DNA of 64,000 bases from assembly GCA_963804165.1 (NCBI GenBank), contig CAWDPO010000045.1:64001-128000 (forward strand). The letters are read 5' to 3'. The DNA comes from an uncultured delta proteobacterium. GTDB taxonomy: Bacteria; Desulfobacterota; Binatia; UBA9968. How positions within the stretch are numbered: the first letter of the stretch is position 1; each line of letters begins with the position of its first letter. The position numbers and the translations under genes are program-made. The notes under the pieces are model-generated. The model saw only the letters and a program-made list of their open reading frames with translations. It did not search any database and was not told where the DNA came from. Positions 30,463-39,888 of this stretch are shown one piece after another.

Positions 30463-31089
30463 CTAGCGATTGTCCCGGAGAAAACTCTCTAGCTCGAATC
30501 GGTCGCGACTCGTGAACCGCCCTTCGACTCTGATGTAGTCACCGGCCCGCAGCGCGCGAAAACGATCCACGTCCGACCGCCGCGCATTGTTTGGCAAAGA
30601 AACAAAAAGACTCTGTCTGGACTGATCGCTCAATTCGAACGAGCTCTGCTGAAAGTTTACATGCTCCACTCTGCCATCGAGTGTTTGCATCGCCGTTGGC
30701 GGTTGACCGGCAGCGCCACGATCCGGATTCCGATCCCTTATACTTTCGTGGACGCGCACGAGATCCGTATACGAGTTGCCGCGTGAGTCCTGCCTCAGCT
30801 GCATGGAGACCTTATCGCCGCTCTCCAATTGGGCGACCGGATAGTCTCGGCCGCGATAAAGCGCACGGGCCTCAGTGCTATAACCGACCACCCGCTTGCG
30901 GCTGTCGTTCGGTCGCAAATGAATCTCCCGAGACGAAGTATCTATTCGGTCGATCTCTGCGAAGAGCTCGTCTTGATCCAATTGCAGCGTAGGTCTGCCC
31001 ACCAGGGCGATGTTGTCGCTGCAACCTGCGCTCATCGTCAACGCCAAACCGAGAATCACACAGGACGCCGCACGATTGAATGGATTCAT
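30463..31089 (-). CDS. Lipoprotein with two OB-fold-like repeats
   Basis: Lipobox SAGC; L..GD.V.V repeated twice. Confidence 0.7.
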   Translation of the reverse strand: MNPFNRAASCVILGLALTMSAGCSDNIALVGRPTLQLDQDELFAEIDRIDTSSREIHLRPNDSRKRVVGYSTEARALYRGRDYPVAQLESGDKVSMQLRQDSRGNSYTDLVRVHESIRDRNPDRGAAGQPPTAMQTLDGRVEHVNFQQSSFELSDQSRQSLFVSLPNNARRSDVDRFRALRAGDYIRVEGRFTSRDRFELESFLRDNR

Positions 31090-31099
31090 AATTTTGCTC

Positions 31100-31327
31100 C
31101 TAATAAAGGATCGACCCTTTTTCTAGCTGCGATTTACGAGTTTCGTATTCTTTGCGGGATATTCTCTCGGCTTTGTAATCATCCTCGAGCTGGTTCATCT
31201 TGCTATGGGCGTTGATTTCGTAACCAGCGCTTGTGCCCAGGGCTCCCACCGCCGCTCCGCCCAAGAACGCACAGCCGCTTTGACTGACACCGATCAAAAG
31301 CACTAACACCAACATTAACTTTTTCAT
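31100..31327 (-). CDS. Small lipoprotein with glycine zipper
   Basis: Lipobox QSGC; GGAAVGALG; AAGGAGG RBS. Confidence 0.75.
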   Translation of the reverse strand: MKKLMLVLVLLIGVSQSGCAFLGGAAVGALGTSAGYEINAHSKMNQLEDDYKAERISRKEYETRKSQLEKGSILY

Positions 31328-31420
31328 CGCAACCTCCTTGGGTTGGACTGAGTAGGAGGGTTAAGTCAGGCTTACTTGAAGAATTTCAAGCGACCTCAGG
31401 TGTGAAACCCTATGCCTTAA
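31328..31420 (-). ncRNA. Conserved leader element, copy L3
   Basis: AGGGUU...GCUUGAA/UUCAAGU hairpin...AACCCUCCU...AAGGAGG; begins at the start site predicted from box 15. Confidence 0.55.
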
Positions 31421-31456
31421 ACATCTTGAACGATACGCTGACGAGTTAGAGAGTAC

Positions 31457-31472
31457 TGTCTAAAAAGAGACC
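31457..31472 (-). promoter_or_regulatory. Crp-type box 15, degenerate (TGTCTAAAAAGAGACC)
   Basis: TATCGT 21 nt downstream; A-rich distal flank. Confidence 0.5.
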
Positions 31473-31547
31473 AATTAAAAAAGAAATGTCTTGAGGCCGG
31501 GACTTTTGCTCAAGGGGCTTTTCCACCGATATCTCTGGCCATATTTG

Positions 31548-31694
31548 CTACAATTTCTTCTTCACGGCCTCGGCCGCGTCCTGAGTCTTTTCGCCCGCCC
31601 GCTCAACGTCCTGGCCGAAACCGCGCACCGTGTTGCAAGCCACGTTCGTGCCTAACAGGACCAACATCAGTGTTGCGAAGATTATCGGGCGCAT
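31548..31694 (-). CDS. Entericidin EcnA/B family lipoprotein
   Basis: ACNTVRGFGQDVERAGE. Confidence 0.88.
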   Translation of the reverse strand: MRPIIFATLMLVLLGTNVACNTVRGFGQDVERAGEKTQDAAEAVKKKL

Positions 31695-31741
31695 GGCGTA
31701 TCTCCTATTTGGATTCAACTTTCTAACACCAATCATGTGGA

Positions 31742-31864
31742 GCACTTTCTGTGCCTGATTTTGCGATGAGGAAAAGGCTGTGTTTCCGCTAGCTTCCCGA
31801 GACTGTCTGACGGAAACGAAGAAACGGCTCGTTAAAAGCGTCGAAACTCTCGACCAAAGGGTCG
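31742..31864 (-). promoter_or_regulatory. Sigma54 promoter D plus enhancer
   Basis: AGGCACAGAAAGTGC (31756-31742); enhancer 31840-31864. Confidence 0.75.
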
Positions 31865-32020
31865 GCCTAAACTACGTGAACGATGGATTGAAACGACAAG
31901 ATTACGGCTGCAACCATGACTGTGCGAGACTATTTTTCGAACGAACTTCTGAGATGCCACACGAGGGCAGGTACGGCTATGTCGGCTTTTAGCGGATCAA
32001 GACACGTTCCTAGTTTGTCT

Positions 32021-32245
32021 TCACCTTCTCGCGAGGCTCATTGGGATCTCAAGTTCGGCGATATTATTCGGATCGGGGTACTGCAGCCCATCTATGCGTT
32101 CAAATCTCTTTTGTAATTCCAAGCGCAGCGTCGTCTTCCTTTGTCCATAAGCAACGATCGATTGCGGGCTGCTCGACCAGGTACGGCCTTCGTCCAAACT
32201 GTAGAGTTGAACGCGCTGACCGTGGATTGCGATGTGCTTCGTCAT
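32021..32245 (-). CDS. Small hypothetical protein, 74 aa
   Basis: AGGAGA RBS; LYSLDEGRTWSS; C-terminal PNNIAELEIPMSL. Confidence 0.6.
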   Translation of the reverse strand: MTKHIAIHGQRVQLYSLDEGRTWSSSPQSIVAYGQRKTTLRLELQKRFERIDGLQYPDPNNIAELEIPMSLARR

Positions 32246-32521
32246 AAATTCTCCTAATCTCTCATCGCGGTTTGTTGCGACGTGATTTGTGCGCAAACCG
32301 AGTTGCGTTACCACGTTGGCCACCCTGAGAGCTGGATCAATGAACTATCCGCCACCAGCAGCTCGGTATCGAATCCTCTGACGAAGAGGGTTCGCAGCAT
32401 GCTGCTGGCAATGAACCCAACCGATTCAATTTTCGCCAAGTCCTCCAGAGCCCTTATTGTGGGCCCTTTCAGATCGGTTTGTTGTTCCGAGTGGGCAACT
32501 TATCGGGCAGGCCCGCGAGCG

Positions 32522-32602
32522 CTACCGGTGCCAACGAGAGTATCCCCAGCCCCCACCACCAATCAAAAGGAACACTAAAAGAACGATCAATAAAGTATCC
32601 AT
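32522..32602 (-). CDS. 26-aa membrane microprotein (MDTLLIVLLVFLLIGGGGWGYSRWHR)
   Basis: Hand-translated; AAGGAG RBS; first ORF after promoter E; DUF3309-like. Confidence 0.7.
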   Translation of the reverse strand: MDTLLIVLLVFLLIGGGGWGYSRWHR

Positions 32603-32645
32603 AGTCTCTCCTTTATTTGGGTTTCTATTCTCAACTCTTGTAGGA

Positions 32646-32769
32646 GCACGTTGTGTGCCAGAACTTGTTGTTCGAAAAAGACTATAGTTTCCGACTGCTT
32701 CTTTCGAGTTTTAGAGAAACAAGGATGAAAGAACCGTCGCGGCAGTCGAATCGCTCGACCAAAAGGTCG
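32646..32769 (-). promoter_or_regulatory. Sigma54 promoter E plus enhancer
   Basis: TGGCACACAACGTGC (32660-32646); enhancer 32745-32769. Confidence 0.8.
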
Positions 32770-32813
32770 AATTTGATTTGATTCGCGGACGGCCGTTAAC
32801 GAATCGGTGTGAT

Positions 32814-33236
32814 CTAATCTGGCCTGACTTCCGGGGTACCGGTGTCCAATTCGCCACGCCCCAGCGCTTCGCGTGCAGTGCGCGCGAGCTCTTCATAGCG
32901 CACGCGAAACCGCTCGAGGTCTGCTTCTTCGAGCCCCTCGAGATCGAGTAAGGCATTGTGCGCGCCACTCACGGCGCGAATCAGCTCGTCGAGTTTGAGT
33001 TGGACGGCGTGGCTATCGCGGTTCTGGGTATTCTGAATCAGAAATACCATCAGGAATGTGACGATCGTCGTGCCGGTGTTGATGACCAACTGCCATGTAT
33101 CACTGAACTTGAATATCGGCCCTGTGACGCACCACATCACGACGATCAAAGCCGCAGCCATGAACGCAGCCGGATGGCCGGTGGCTCGCGCCGTCCACTT
33201 GGCGAAGCGGGAAAAAGGCGATGAAGAATAAATCAC
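32814..33236 (-). CDS. Low-affinity iron permease family protein (Fet4-like)
   Basis: FSDTWQLVINTGTTIVTFLMVFLIQNTQNRD..QLKLDELIRA. Confidence 0.9.
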   Translation of the reverse strand: MIYSSSPFSRFAKWTARATGHPAAFMAAALIVVMWCVTGPIFKFSDTWQLVINTGTTIVTFLMVFLIQNTQNRDSHAVQLKLDELIRAVSGAHNALLDLEGLEEADLERFRVRYEELARTAREALGRGELDTGTPEVRPD

Positions 33237-33255
33237 GGTGGCATGGGCTTTCGAA

Positions 33256-33286
33256 TTTCAGATCTGTTGTTCATTGCCGGGCGGCA
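33256..33286. repeat. 31-bp direct repeat (copy at 34297-34327)
   Basis: TTTCAGAT(C/A)TGT(T/C)GTTCATTGCCGGGCGGCA, 29/31 identical. Confidence 0.7.
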
Positions 33287-33354
33287 GAGAGTTATTTAAA
33301 TAACGTTCCCTCTGCCACCAACCATTGTCTCTAGCCAGTCGGGAGACTCCGGGA

Positions 33355-33567
33355 CTAAAATTTGCCGGCTATAGCTTTGGCCGCAGTCACTACCGCGGCA
33401 CCGGTTTTTCGGCGCGCCTTGCCGACTTTCTCTTGAATTTTACCTGCTACGCGTTCAGCTTTGCCTTTGGCTTGCAGTCTAGGATTGCCGATCAATTTTC
33501 CGGCTTTCTCCTTAATTGCTCCCTCGATTTGTTGGCCCTTGCCTTTGATCTCAGCTTTATTCCACAT
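33355..33567 (-). CDS. csbD: CsbD family general stress protein (copy 1)
   Basis: WNK.EIKGK..QI.G.IKE..GKL.G..L.A.G.AE...GKIQE. Confidence 0.88.
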   Translation of the reverse strand: MWNKAEIKGKGQQIEGAIKEKAGKLIGNPRLQAKGKAERVAGKIQEKVGKARRKTGAAVVTAAKAIAGKF

Positions 33568-33629
33568 TCCTGTCTCCTTCCAAAGCTCAGATGACGGTCT
33601 TAAAATAAATCAAAACTTTATTGGTCTTC

Positions 33630-34244
33630 GACTAATCGTCAGTCTTCTGTTTTCTCTCGATCTTCTCTTCTTTAGTCTCAGTGGATTTTCCCTTGCTGGC
33701 AAGTTCTGCTTTCTTGGCCTTCTTTTCTTCCTGTGATTCCTTCTGTTCCACCACAGTCTGCTTGCCGCCTTTTGTTTCACCGTTCCCCTCTGGGCCCCTG
33801 GCCAGACCCGCTCCTGGTTTTTCCTTTGGGTCAGTACCTGTTTGTCTGCCGCCTTTCCTCTCGATTGTCTCGGGAGCTTTGATCGGCGTTGCAGGGACTT
33901 GTGGACTTCTCCTCAGCCTTTGCTCTGGGGCTCTCCACTGACCAGGGAAACAAAGGGCCTTCCGCAGTCAAGCCCTGAACAGGCGCTGAATTTTGGTCCA
34001 GCCTCACCGAGGTCCCGGTGTTGAGTTGGAACTCCATCTTTCCTCCCTCCGGCACCCACAGCTCGTCCCCTTCATTCAGAAGCGTGTTTACAGCAGCAGG
34101 GACCCAGTCACCCGCCTCGGTCGTCCTCATTTGAACATCGCCTTCCAAAAAGCTGATGCGCACGGAACCGAGGTCCAATGCATGGGCGAATCTGGGCAGC
34201 AGAAGTACCGCCATCGCCCATAAAATAACTTTTACTGTCTTCAT
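33630..34244 (-). pseudogene. Internally deleted FecR-domain secreted protein
   Basis: RISFLEGDV..WVPAAVN.LL.EGD.LW..G..VRL, then abrupt join to an out-of-frame K/E-rich tail. Confidence 0.6.
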
Positions 34245-34410
34245 CTGGAGACTCCTTTTGAAATGCCGCTAAAGCACGCTGTCATCGGCTTTTGGGTTTC
34301 AGATATGTCGTTCATTGCCGGGCGGCACGGAGGTTAAAGCGAGAGCGAGACTTCTCGAAGTAACGCTACCGAGTCACTCAGCCCTGTGTCGTTATCGAAT
34401 TTTCTACAGA

Positions 34411-34534
34411 GCAGGTTGCGTGCCAGGGCCGGAGATAGGAAATACGCTGCAATTCTCTGAGCTTGTTGTAGCGCGCCGCAGACAAACGAAAAGCGACTCG
34501 TTGAATGCGTCGATGGGCGTCGACCAAAAGGTCG
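34411..34534 (-). promoter_or_regulatory. Sigma54 promoter F plus enhancer
   Basis: TGGCACGCAACCTGC (34425-34411); enhancer 34509-34534. Confidence 0.8.
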
Positions 34535-34574
34535 ACTGAGACGGATAACTTGGAGAATTGAAAAAACCCGCCAC

Positions 34575-34816
34575 TGCCTCAGTCGTGAATTGCTCCCCGG
34601 CGATGCATTTGTGAGCTTGCGTGGTCGGCTAGTAAGTCCCTGCCGGAATCGAGACCAAAGCACGTGGCTTGCTTCGACTCGCGGTCAAATGACGGCATGA
34701 AAAACACTGCGTTGAAGTTATTCGTACAGGCGCTCTAGTTCTTCTTTGTGTCGCTCTTCATCCTTAAGGATATCTTCAATTGTTTCATAAAGAATTGCGC
34801 CGTCATTTCCGACCGA
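34575..34816. repeat. Diverged ~245-bp direct repeat of 37750-37996, including a 3' remnant of the ferritin-like gene
   Basis: 34718-34819 (minus) encodes ESVGNDGAILYETIEDILKDEERHKEELERLYE, versus DSVGNDGAILYETIEDIVKDEQQHKEELQRLQE in the intact gene. Confidence 0.85.
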
Positions 34817-34901
34817 CTCTGGGATGCAGGCGAACATGAAAAGACTGCAATCCCACCAATTCCCCTAGTCGCCCAGACTCACTGCGAATTATTTTCGAAA
34901 C

Positions 34902-34917
34902 TGTCTAACATTGGACA
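34902..34917 (+). promoter_or_regulatory. Crp-type box 7 (TGTCTAACATTGGACA) facing the Anbu operon
   Basis: A/T-rich flank lies on the left, matching a plus-strand target. Confidence 0.7.
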
Positions 34918-35114
34918 GAAATTCTCCCGCGTAGCGCATTATGTAGATCAGACGATACTTGAATCCCAAGTTTCAGCTAAGAAGTAGGGTCAAATCTTTT
35001 TCTCCGACAATTGAACGCCAGTGCGTTGGGTAAAATCGAAAGTCCGCTCACAATGTCAATAGTACAACTGGCCCCTAAGTTATTCTGGTCTCGACCGATC
35101 GGAGAGAAGCAGCC

Positions 35115-35843
35115 ATGACCTACTGTGTAGGCATCATGCTCGACACCGGGCTGATTTTTGCGTCGGACTCGCGTACTCATGCCGAAGTCGACAATTTTGC
35201 GCGTTTCTGCAAGATGACCGTGTTCGAGCGCGCTGCTGACCGGGTCATCGTACTATTGAGCTCGGGCAACCTGGCCGGGACACAGGCCGTCATCAGCTTG
35301 CTGAAGCAGCGAGGGGGCGCTAAGGACGGGGTGCCCAATCTATGGAGCGCGGAGTCCATGTTCGATGCCGCGATGCTGGTGTCGGACGCAATGCGCGACG
35401 TCGATCGGCGCGACGGCGAGCACCTGGCAGAAAGTGATATCGGCTTCAACGCCTCCTTCATATTCGGCGGCCAGATTAGAGGCGAGCCGCCGCGCCTTTT
35501 CCGAATCTATGCGGAGGGCAACTTCATCGAGGCAAGCCTAGAGACGCCCTATCTCCAGACCGGTGAAACCAAATACGGGAGGCCGATCATCGATTGGGTA
35601 ATTACCCGTTCGACCTCGCTGAACGACGCGGCAAAATGTGTCCTCGTTTCGTTCGATTCGACGATGCGCAGCAATTTGTCCGTCGGCATGCCGATCGATC
35701 TGATCTGCTACGAATTGGACAGTCTTGAAGTGCGAATGCGTCGCCGCTTCGACGAGGGGGATGCGTATTTCAGCGCGCTCGGCAAACACTGGAGTGAAGG
35801 CACGCGACAGGTGTTCAGCCGACTGCCCAACCTGGACTGGTAA
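35115..35843 (+). CDS. Proteasome-type protease Anbu (Ntn hydrolase)
   Basis: MTYCVG..SDSRT, SGNLA.TQ, GNFIE, QTGETKYG.PI, SFDSTMRSNLSVG.P. Confidence 0.9.
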   Translation: MTYCVGIMLDTGLIFASDSRTHAEVDNFARFCKMTVFERAADRVIVLLSSGNLAGTQAVISLLKQRGGAKDGVPNLWSAESMFDAAMLVSDAMRDVDRRDGEHLAESDIGFNASFIFGGQIRGEPPRLFRIYAEGNFIEASLETPYLQTGETKYGRPIIDWVITRSTSLNDAAKCVLVSFDSTMRSNLSVGMPIDLICYELDSLEVRMRRRFDEGDAYFSALGKHWSEGTRQVFSRLPNLDW

Positions 35844-35854
35844 GGCCACCGAAC

Positions 35855-36631
35855 ATGCTGTCGGAGACCGCAGCGATGGATGGACGCGCAGCCGACTGTG
35901 GCGGCCTGGCTAGCGATGGCCTCGTGATCACCTGCGAGCATGGCGGCAACCGGATTCCCGCGCCGTATCGCGAGCTGTTTCACGCCCATCAGGCGCTGCT
36001 GGACTCCCACCGCGGCTACGATCCCGGCGCGCTCGTCATGGCAAGAGCGTTGGCAACGGCATTTGCAGCGCCGCTGGTGGCCTCCACCGTCAGCCGTCTG
36101 CTCGTTGATCTGAATCGATCCGTCGGCCATCCGCGTCTCCATTCCGAGGCGACGCGCAAAGTGTCTGTCGAGCTGCGTCAACGGATATTGAAGCGCTATT
36201 ACCAGCCTTATCGCGCGCAAGCCGAGCGTTTTGTCAGGCAGGCGATCACGGATCACGGCTTGGTGATCCATCTCTCTTCCCACAGCTTTACGCCCGAGTT
36301 GAACGGCAGGTTACGCGACGCCGATATCGGCCTGCTCTATGACCCGGCTCGACCGGGTGAGGCGGATCTGTGCGAGCACTGGAAGACTTCCCTCAAGACT
36401 TGTGCTCGCGATCTCACCGTCCGCCGCAATTACCCGTATGCGGGAAAAGGCGATGGCCTGACCGCCTGGTTTCGTCGGCGACTACCGCCCGGCGCCTACG
36501 TGGGCATCGAGCTGGAGATCAACCAGAAGCACGTTGTCAGAGCAAGTCGACATTGGACCGCAATGCGCAAAGTGATCGTAGAATCGCTGCGCAGGGTGCT
36601 CGCGACCCACAGTGCGAGGAATTTCGCATAG
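35855..36631 (+). CDS. N-formylglutamate amidohydrolase family protein
   Basis: TCEHGG, HRGYDPGA, SRLLVDLNR, HSFTP, NYPY, ELEINQ. Confidence 0.88.
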   Translation: MLSETAAMDGRAADCGGLASDGLVITCEHGGNRIPAPYRELFHAHQALLDSHRGYDPGALVMARALATAFAAPLVASTVSRLLVDLNRSVGHPRLHSEATRKVSVELRQRILKRYYQPYRAQAERFVRQAITDHGLVIHLSSHSFTPELNGRLRDADIGLLYDPARPGEADLCEHWKTSLKTCARDLTVRRNYPYAGKGDGLTAWFRRRLPPGAYVGIELEINQKHVVRASRHWTAMRKVIVESLRRVLATHSARNFA

Positions 36632-36693
36632 CCGACCCCGATAACCAAGACCGCGAGCCCCGAGCTGCGCTGGCGGTCAGCAGGAGCCCGACA

Positions 36694-37503
36694 ATGAAGA
36701 TCCGCATAGGTTACGAACTGATTTACGACTGCCCGCAGCCGACCCCGATGATCCTGACCTTGAGCGTACACTACACGCGCGTCTCCGACATCATCATTCC
36801 CGATCACTTGATCTCTGATCCGCCCGTTCCGCTCACCGCCTATCGCGATAGCTTCGGCAACTGGTGCAGCCGTATCGTCGCGCCCAGGGGCCTGGTCAGG
36901 CTGTCCACCGATGCGCTCGTGAAGGATACGGGCCAGCCGGACGTGGTTGTCTCGTCAGCAATACAGACGCCGGTGGAGGAACTGCCCGACGAGACCCTGC
37001 TGTTCCTGTTGGGGAGCCGATATTGTGAGACCGATCGCCTGTCCGAGACAGCCTGGCAACTCTTCGACAAGTCACCGACCGGATGGGGCCGCGTCCAGGC
37101 GATCTGCGACCACGTCCACCGGCACATCACATTTGGCTACGATCACGCGCGCTCCACCAGGACGGCCTGGGAGGCTTTCCAAGAGAGGACCGGCGTTTGC
37201 CGTGATTACGCGCACCTCGCCATCGCCTTTTGTCGCTGCATGAACATCCCCGCCCGTTACTGCACCGGCTACCTGGGCGACATCGGCGTACCGCCGCCCT
37301 ATGGCCCGATGGATTTCGCCGCCTGGTTCGAGGCCTACCTTGACGGCCATTGGTACACCTTCGACGCCCGCAACAATACCCCGCGCATCGGACGCGTGTT
37401 GATCGCCCGCGGTCGGGACGCCGCCGACGCCGCCATCAGCAGCACCTTCGGTCCCAATACCCTGAAGAGTTTCAACATTCGGACCGATGAAGTGAGCGAA
37501 TAG
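36694..37503 (+). CDS. Transglutaminase-like protein
   Basis: YRDSFGN, SRYC, GVCRDYAHL, ARYCTGY, DFAAWFE, GRDAAD; start ATG 36694. Confidence 0.9.
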   Translation: MKIRIGYELIYDCPQPTPMILTLSVHYTRVSDIIIPDHLISDPPVPLTAYRDSFGNWCSRIVAPRGLVRLSTDALVKDTGQPDVVVSSAIQTPVEELPDETLLFLLGSRYCETDRLSETAWQLFDKSPTGWGRVQAICDHVHRHITFGYDHARSTRTAWEAFQERTGVCRDYAHLAIAFCRCMNIPARYCTGYLGDIGVPPPYGPMDFAAWFEAYLDGHWYTFDARNNTPRIGRVLIARGRDAADAAISSTFGPNTLKSFNIRTDEVSE

Positions 37504-37897
37504 TGAACCGGCTGAGGATCGGTAGGGCGATTACGCGTAAAGCGCAAACCGCCGCGCTTCGTGAATGGTATCAGGCTTGAGAGAGTGGTGTGTCCAGATG
37601 AATTGGGCCCCTCTTATCGTGGCGAGAGAAGTCTCACAGCGGTAACGCCGGCTTGAGTAGAGCAGCAAGAGCAATCGACATCCTGAATGCCAACAAAGCA
37701 AAGTCAGCGCAGGCCAACCAAGATCCGCACCAGACTCGCGCGCGCACGTTGCCTCAGTCGTGAATTGCTCCCCCGGCGATGCACGCCGTGAGCCTTGCGT
37801 GATCGGTCAGTAAGTCCCATCCGGATCGAGATCAAAGCAGGCGCGGGGCCTGCTTTGACTCGCATCAAGTGACGGGACGAAAAACACCGCGTTGAAG

Positions 37898-38317
37898 TTA
37901 TTCTTGTAAGCGCTGTAATTCTTCTTTGTGTTGCTGTTCATCTTTAACGATATCTTCAATGGTTTCGTAAAGAATTGCGCCGTCATTTCCGACCGAATCA
38001 AGTATCGACCGGTACATTTTAATAGCTGCTTCTTCCTCGGCGATGTTCACCCGCAGAATATCTTTCAAGGTCGTGGCCGGAATGAGATCTTTGGTGGCAA
38101 TCTCCATCGTCGGAGTTCCGGCTAAGGCCGTGATTCGGTCGCGCAGCTGAGCCGCATGAGTCTTTTCGTCTTCGGCTATTTCCTTGAGTCGAGTAGACAC
38201 CGCTTCCGCATAAGGCCCGGTGATAACCGCTGCATGGGTAAGATAACGAATCTGACATGCGTGCTCCTGAGCTAGAGCGTCATTAAGCATTTTGAGTATC
38301 TTGTCTTGGTTTTCCAT
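37898..38317 (-). CDS. Ferritin-like (bacterioferritin/Dps superfamily) protein
   Basis: QE..Y..H, EDEKTH, EE.A...Y, DEQQH di-iron pattern. Confidence 0.85.
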   Translation of the reverse strand: MENQDKILKMLNDALAQEHACQIRYLTHAAVITGPYAEAVSTRLKEIAEDEKTHAAQLRDRITALAGTPTMEIATKDLIPATTLKDILRVNIAEEEAAIKMYRSILDSVGNDGAILYETIEDIVKDEQQHKEELQRLQE

Positions 38318-38501
38318 TTTAGAGTATTTCCCCTTGTCCGATTAGAACTCGCACTTCTCACAATCCTTGTCGCCGATGGCCAAGCCGAAGTCACCGCTAG
38401 AAACGGTAACGAATTCTCCGGCGGGCGGCAGACAGTCGACTAAAAATTGTTTCCTCGCCGCCACCGGAGAAACCAGGCAAAGCCGTCGCAAGAATCGTTA
38501 A

Positions 38502-38714
38502 CTAAAGTTTGCCGGCAATCGCCTTGCCGACCTTCTGCACCGCTTCAGCGGTTTTTCGGCGCGCTTTTCCGCCCTTCTCCTGAATTTTACCTGCTACGCG
38601 TTCAGCCTCGCCTTTGGCTTCGAGTTTGGGATCCTTGATCAATTCCCCAGTCTTGTCCTTGATCGCGCCGGAAATTTGTTTGCCCTTACCTTTGATCTCG
38701 TCTTTGTTCCACAT
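38502..38714 (-). CDS. csbD: CsbD family general stress protein (copy 2)
   Basis: Close paralog of 33355-33567. Confidence 0.88.
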   Translation of the reverse strand: MWNKDEIKGKGKQISGAIKDKTGELIKDPKLEAKGEAERVAGKIQEKGGKARRKTAEAVQKVGKAIAGKL

Positions 38715-38902
38715 ACCTGTCTCCTTTTAAGTGTTTGGATCCTTACGCAAGGATCGGGTTGTTAAGTACCGATTAAACTTTCCAAACCTCAGTCGGGCTA
38801 AATCAAATTGCTTAGATGCTGGGTCATTTTTTCGTTTCTCGGTTCTAACCGAGCGAGGACGGAAGGGAGCGTGCGCTAATTCGCGATGTGCGAACTGTTC
38901 AG

Positions 38903-39085
38903 TCATCGAGTCGAAGAGCTGTACAAGAATAGGCGACAACCGACAGTGGCGCCAACAATTCCCAGTATGATCTCAAGCGCGCTAGGGTCGGCCCCTAAGA
39001 TCTGCGCGTATTGATGCTGTCCTGCCACGTTTCCTATCGACCAACCGACAAGTCCGATCAGTAAAAGCCAAATGATTGCGTACAT
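38903..39085 (-). CDS. GlsB/YeaQ/YmgE-like small membrane protein (possibly truncated)
   Basis: IIWLLLIGLVGW..G...IILGIVGATVG; GGAGAGG RBS. Confidence 0.55.
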   Translation of the reverse strand: MYAIIWLLLIGLVGWSIGNVAGQHQYAQILGADPSALEIILGIVGATVGCRLFLYSSSTR

Positions 39086-39132
39086 GAAACCTCTCCGTCT
39101 TTGCAGTCGCAAAACTAGCAACGCTTTAATGA

Positions 39133-39256
39133 GCAACTTATATGCCGTACCGTCTCGTCGGGGAAAGACCGAATTTGCCTATGGATTTCTTAAGGTCGAA
39201 AAATAAAATCATTGAAGCCTCGTCGAGAGCGTCGAGACCTTTCGACCAAAGAGTCG
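39133..39256 (-). promoter_or_regulatory. Sigma54 promoter G plus enhancer
   Basis: CGGCATATAAGTTGC (39147-39133); enhancer 39231-39256. Confidence 0.78.
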
Positions 39257-39282
39257 GGTCGCTCGAGGCGTTTTTCGGTTTC

Positions 39283-39576
39283 CTAATAAACTGGCGTGCG
39301 GTATTGGCCTAGACTCATCATGAGCAGAAACACCAACTTCAATCGCTTCACTTCAACCTCGTCAGTCGGACCGGCGCGAAGCAGTCTTTTTTCGTTGCGA
39401 AGATTCTTTTCGGCGAGCGCGTTGACCTGCTGTGCGGTGCCATGTTTGTACCCGGGTCGCGCATCAAGGTGCTCTCTGGGAGCGCCGGAGGCAGCTTCTT
39501 TAGAAGATGCAACCCGTCCGTCCGCATTGAGACCAAGAGCCATCATGAGAACTGACAGCAACATTAATTTTTTCAT
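39283..39576 (-). CDS. Exported hypothetical protein
   Basis: Signal peptide MKKLMLL; downstream of box 8. Confidence 0.6.
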   Translation of the reverse strand: MKKLMLLSVLMMALGLNADGRVASSKEAASGAPREHLDARPGYKHGTAQQVNALAEKNLRNEKRLLRAGPTDEVEVKRLKLVFLLMMSLGQYRTPVY

Positions 39577-39619
39577 CGCGTCATCCTTCGTTGGGAGTGA
39601 CTAGCGTTTGAGCCAAGGT

Positions 39620-39660
39620 GCTTTGCACATTTTCAAGTAACCCGCGCGGCTGAAACTTAA
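39620..39660 (-). ncRNA. Conserved leader element, copy L4 (degenerate)
   Basis: AGUUUC-N9-GGUUACUUGAAA. Confidence 0.3.
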
Positions 39661-39704
39661 TGGTTTTAATGGAAGGAAGCTTAGGTCGGCTCAAAAGGGG
39701 GCGC

Positions 39705-39720
39705 AGTCCAATATTAGACA
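39705..39720 (-). promoter_or_regulatory. Crp-type box 8 (AGTCCAATATTAGACA)
   Basis: TAAGCT 21 nt downstream. Confidence 0.75.
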
Positions 39721-39888
39721 ATTTTGCAAGGAATTATCCCACGCCGCCTTCATGCCGAAATCAAGTGTCGCTGAGTCACATACGCCAAAAGCAGAGCTTA
39801 AGTTATTTGTCCTCACCGGCATCGGCCACCGCGGAGCGATTCAAGGGCAGGACAAACGGGAGGAGCTTAGGGACGCTTGCGGAAGATC

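Noticed and set aside
31328-31420. Leader motif as a c-di-GMP-I riboswitch, SigB promoter or LexA box
   Set aside because: No recognisable c-di-GMP-I core; the GTTT to GGTTA gap is too short for SigB; it does not match LexA boxes I know; it lies downstream of predicted -10 elements.
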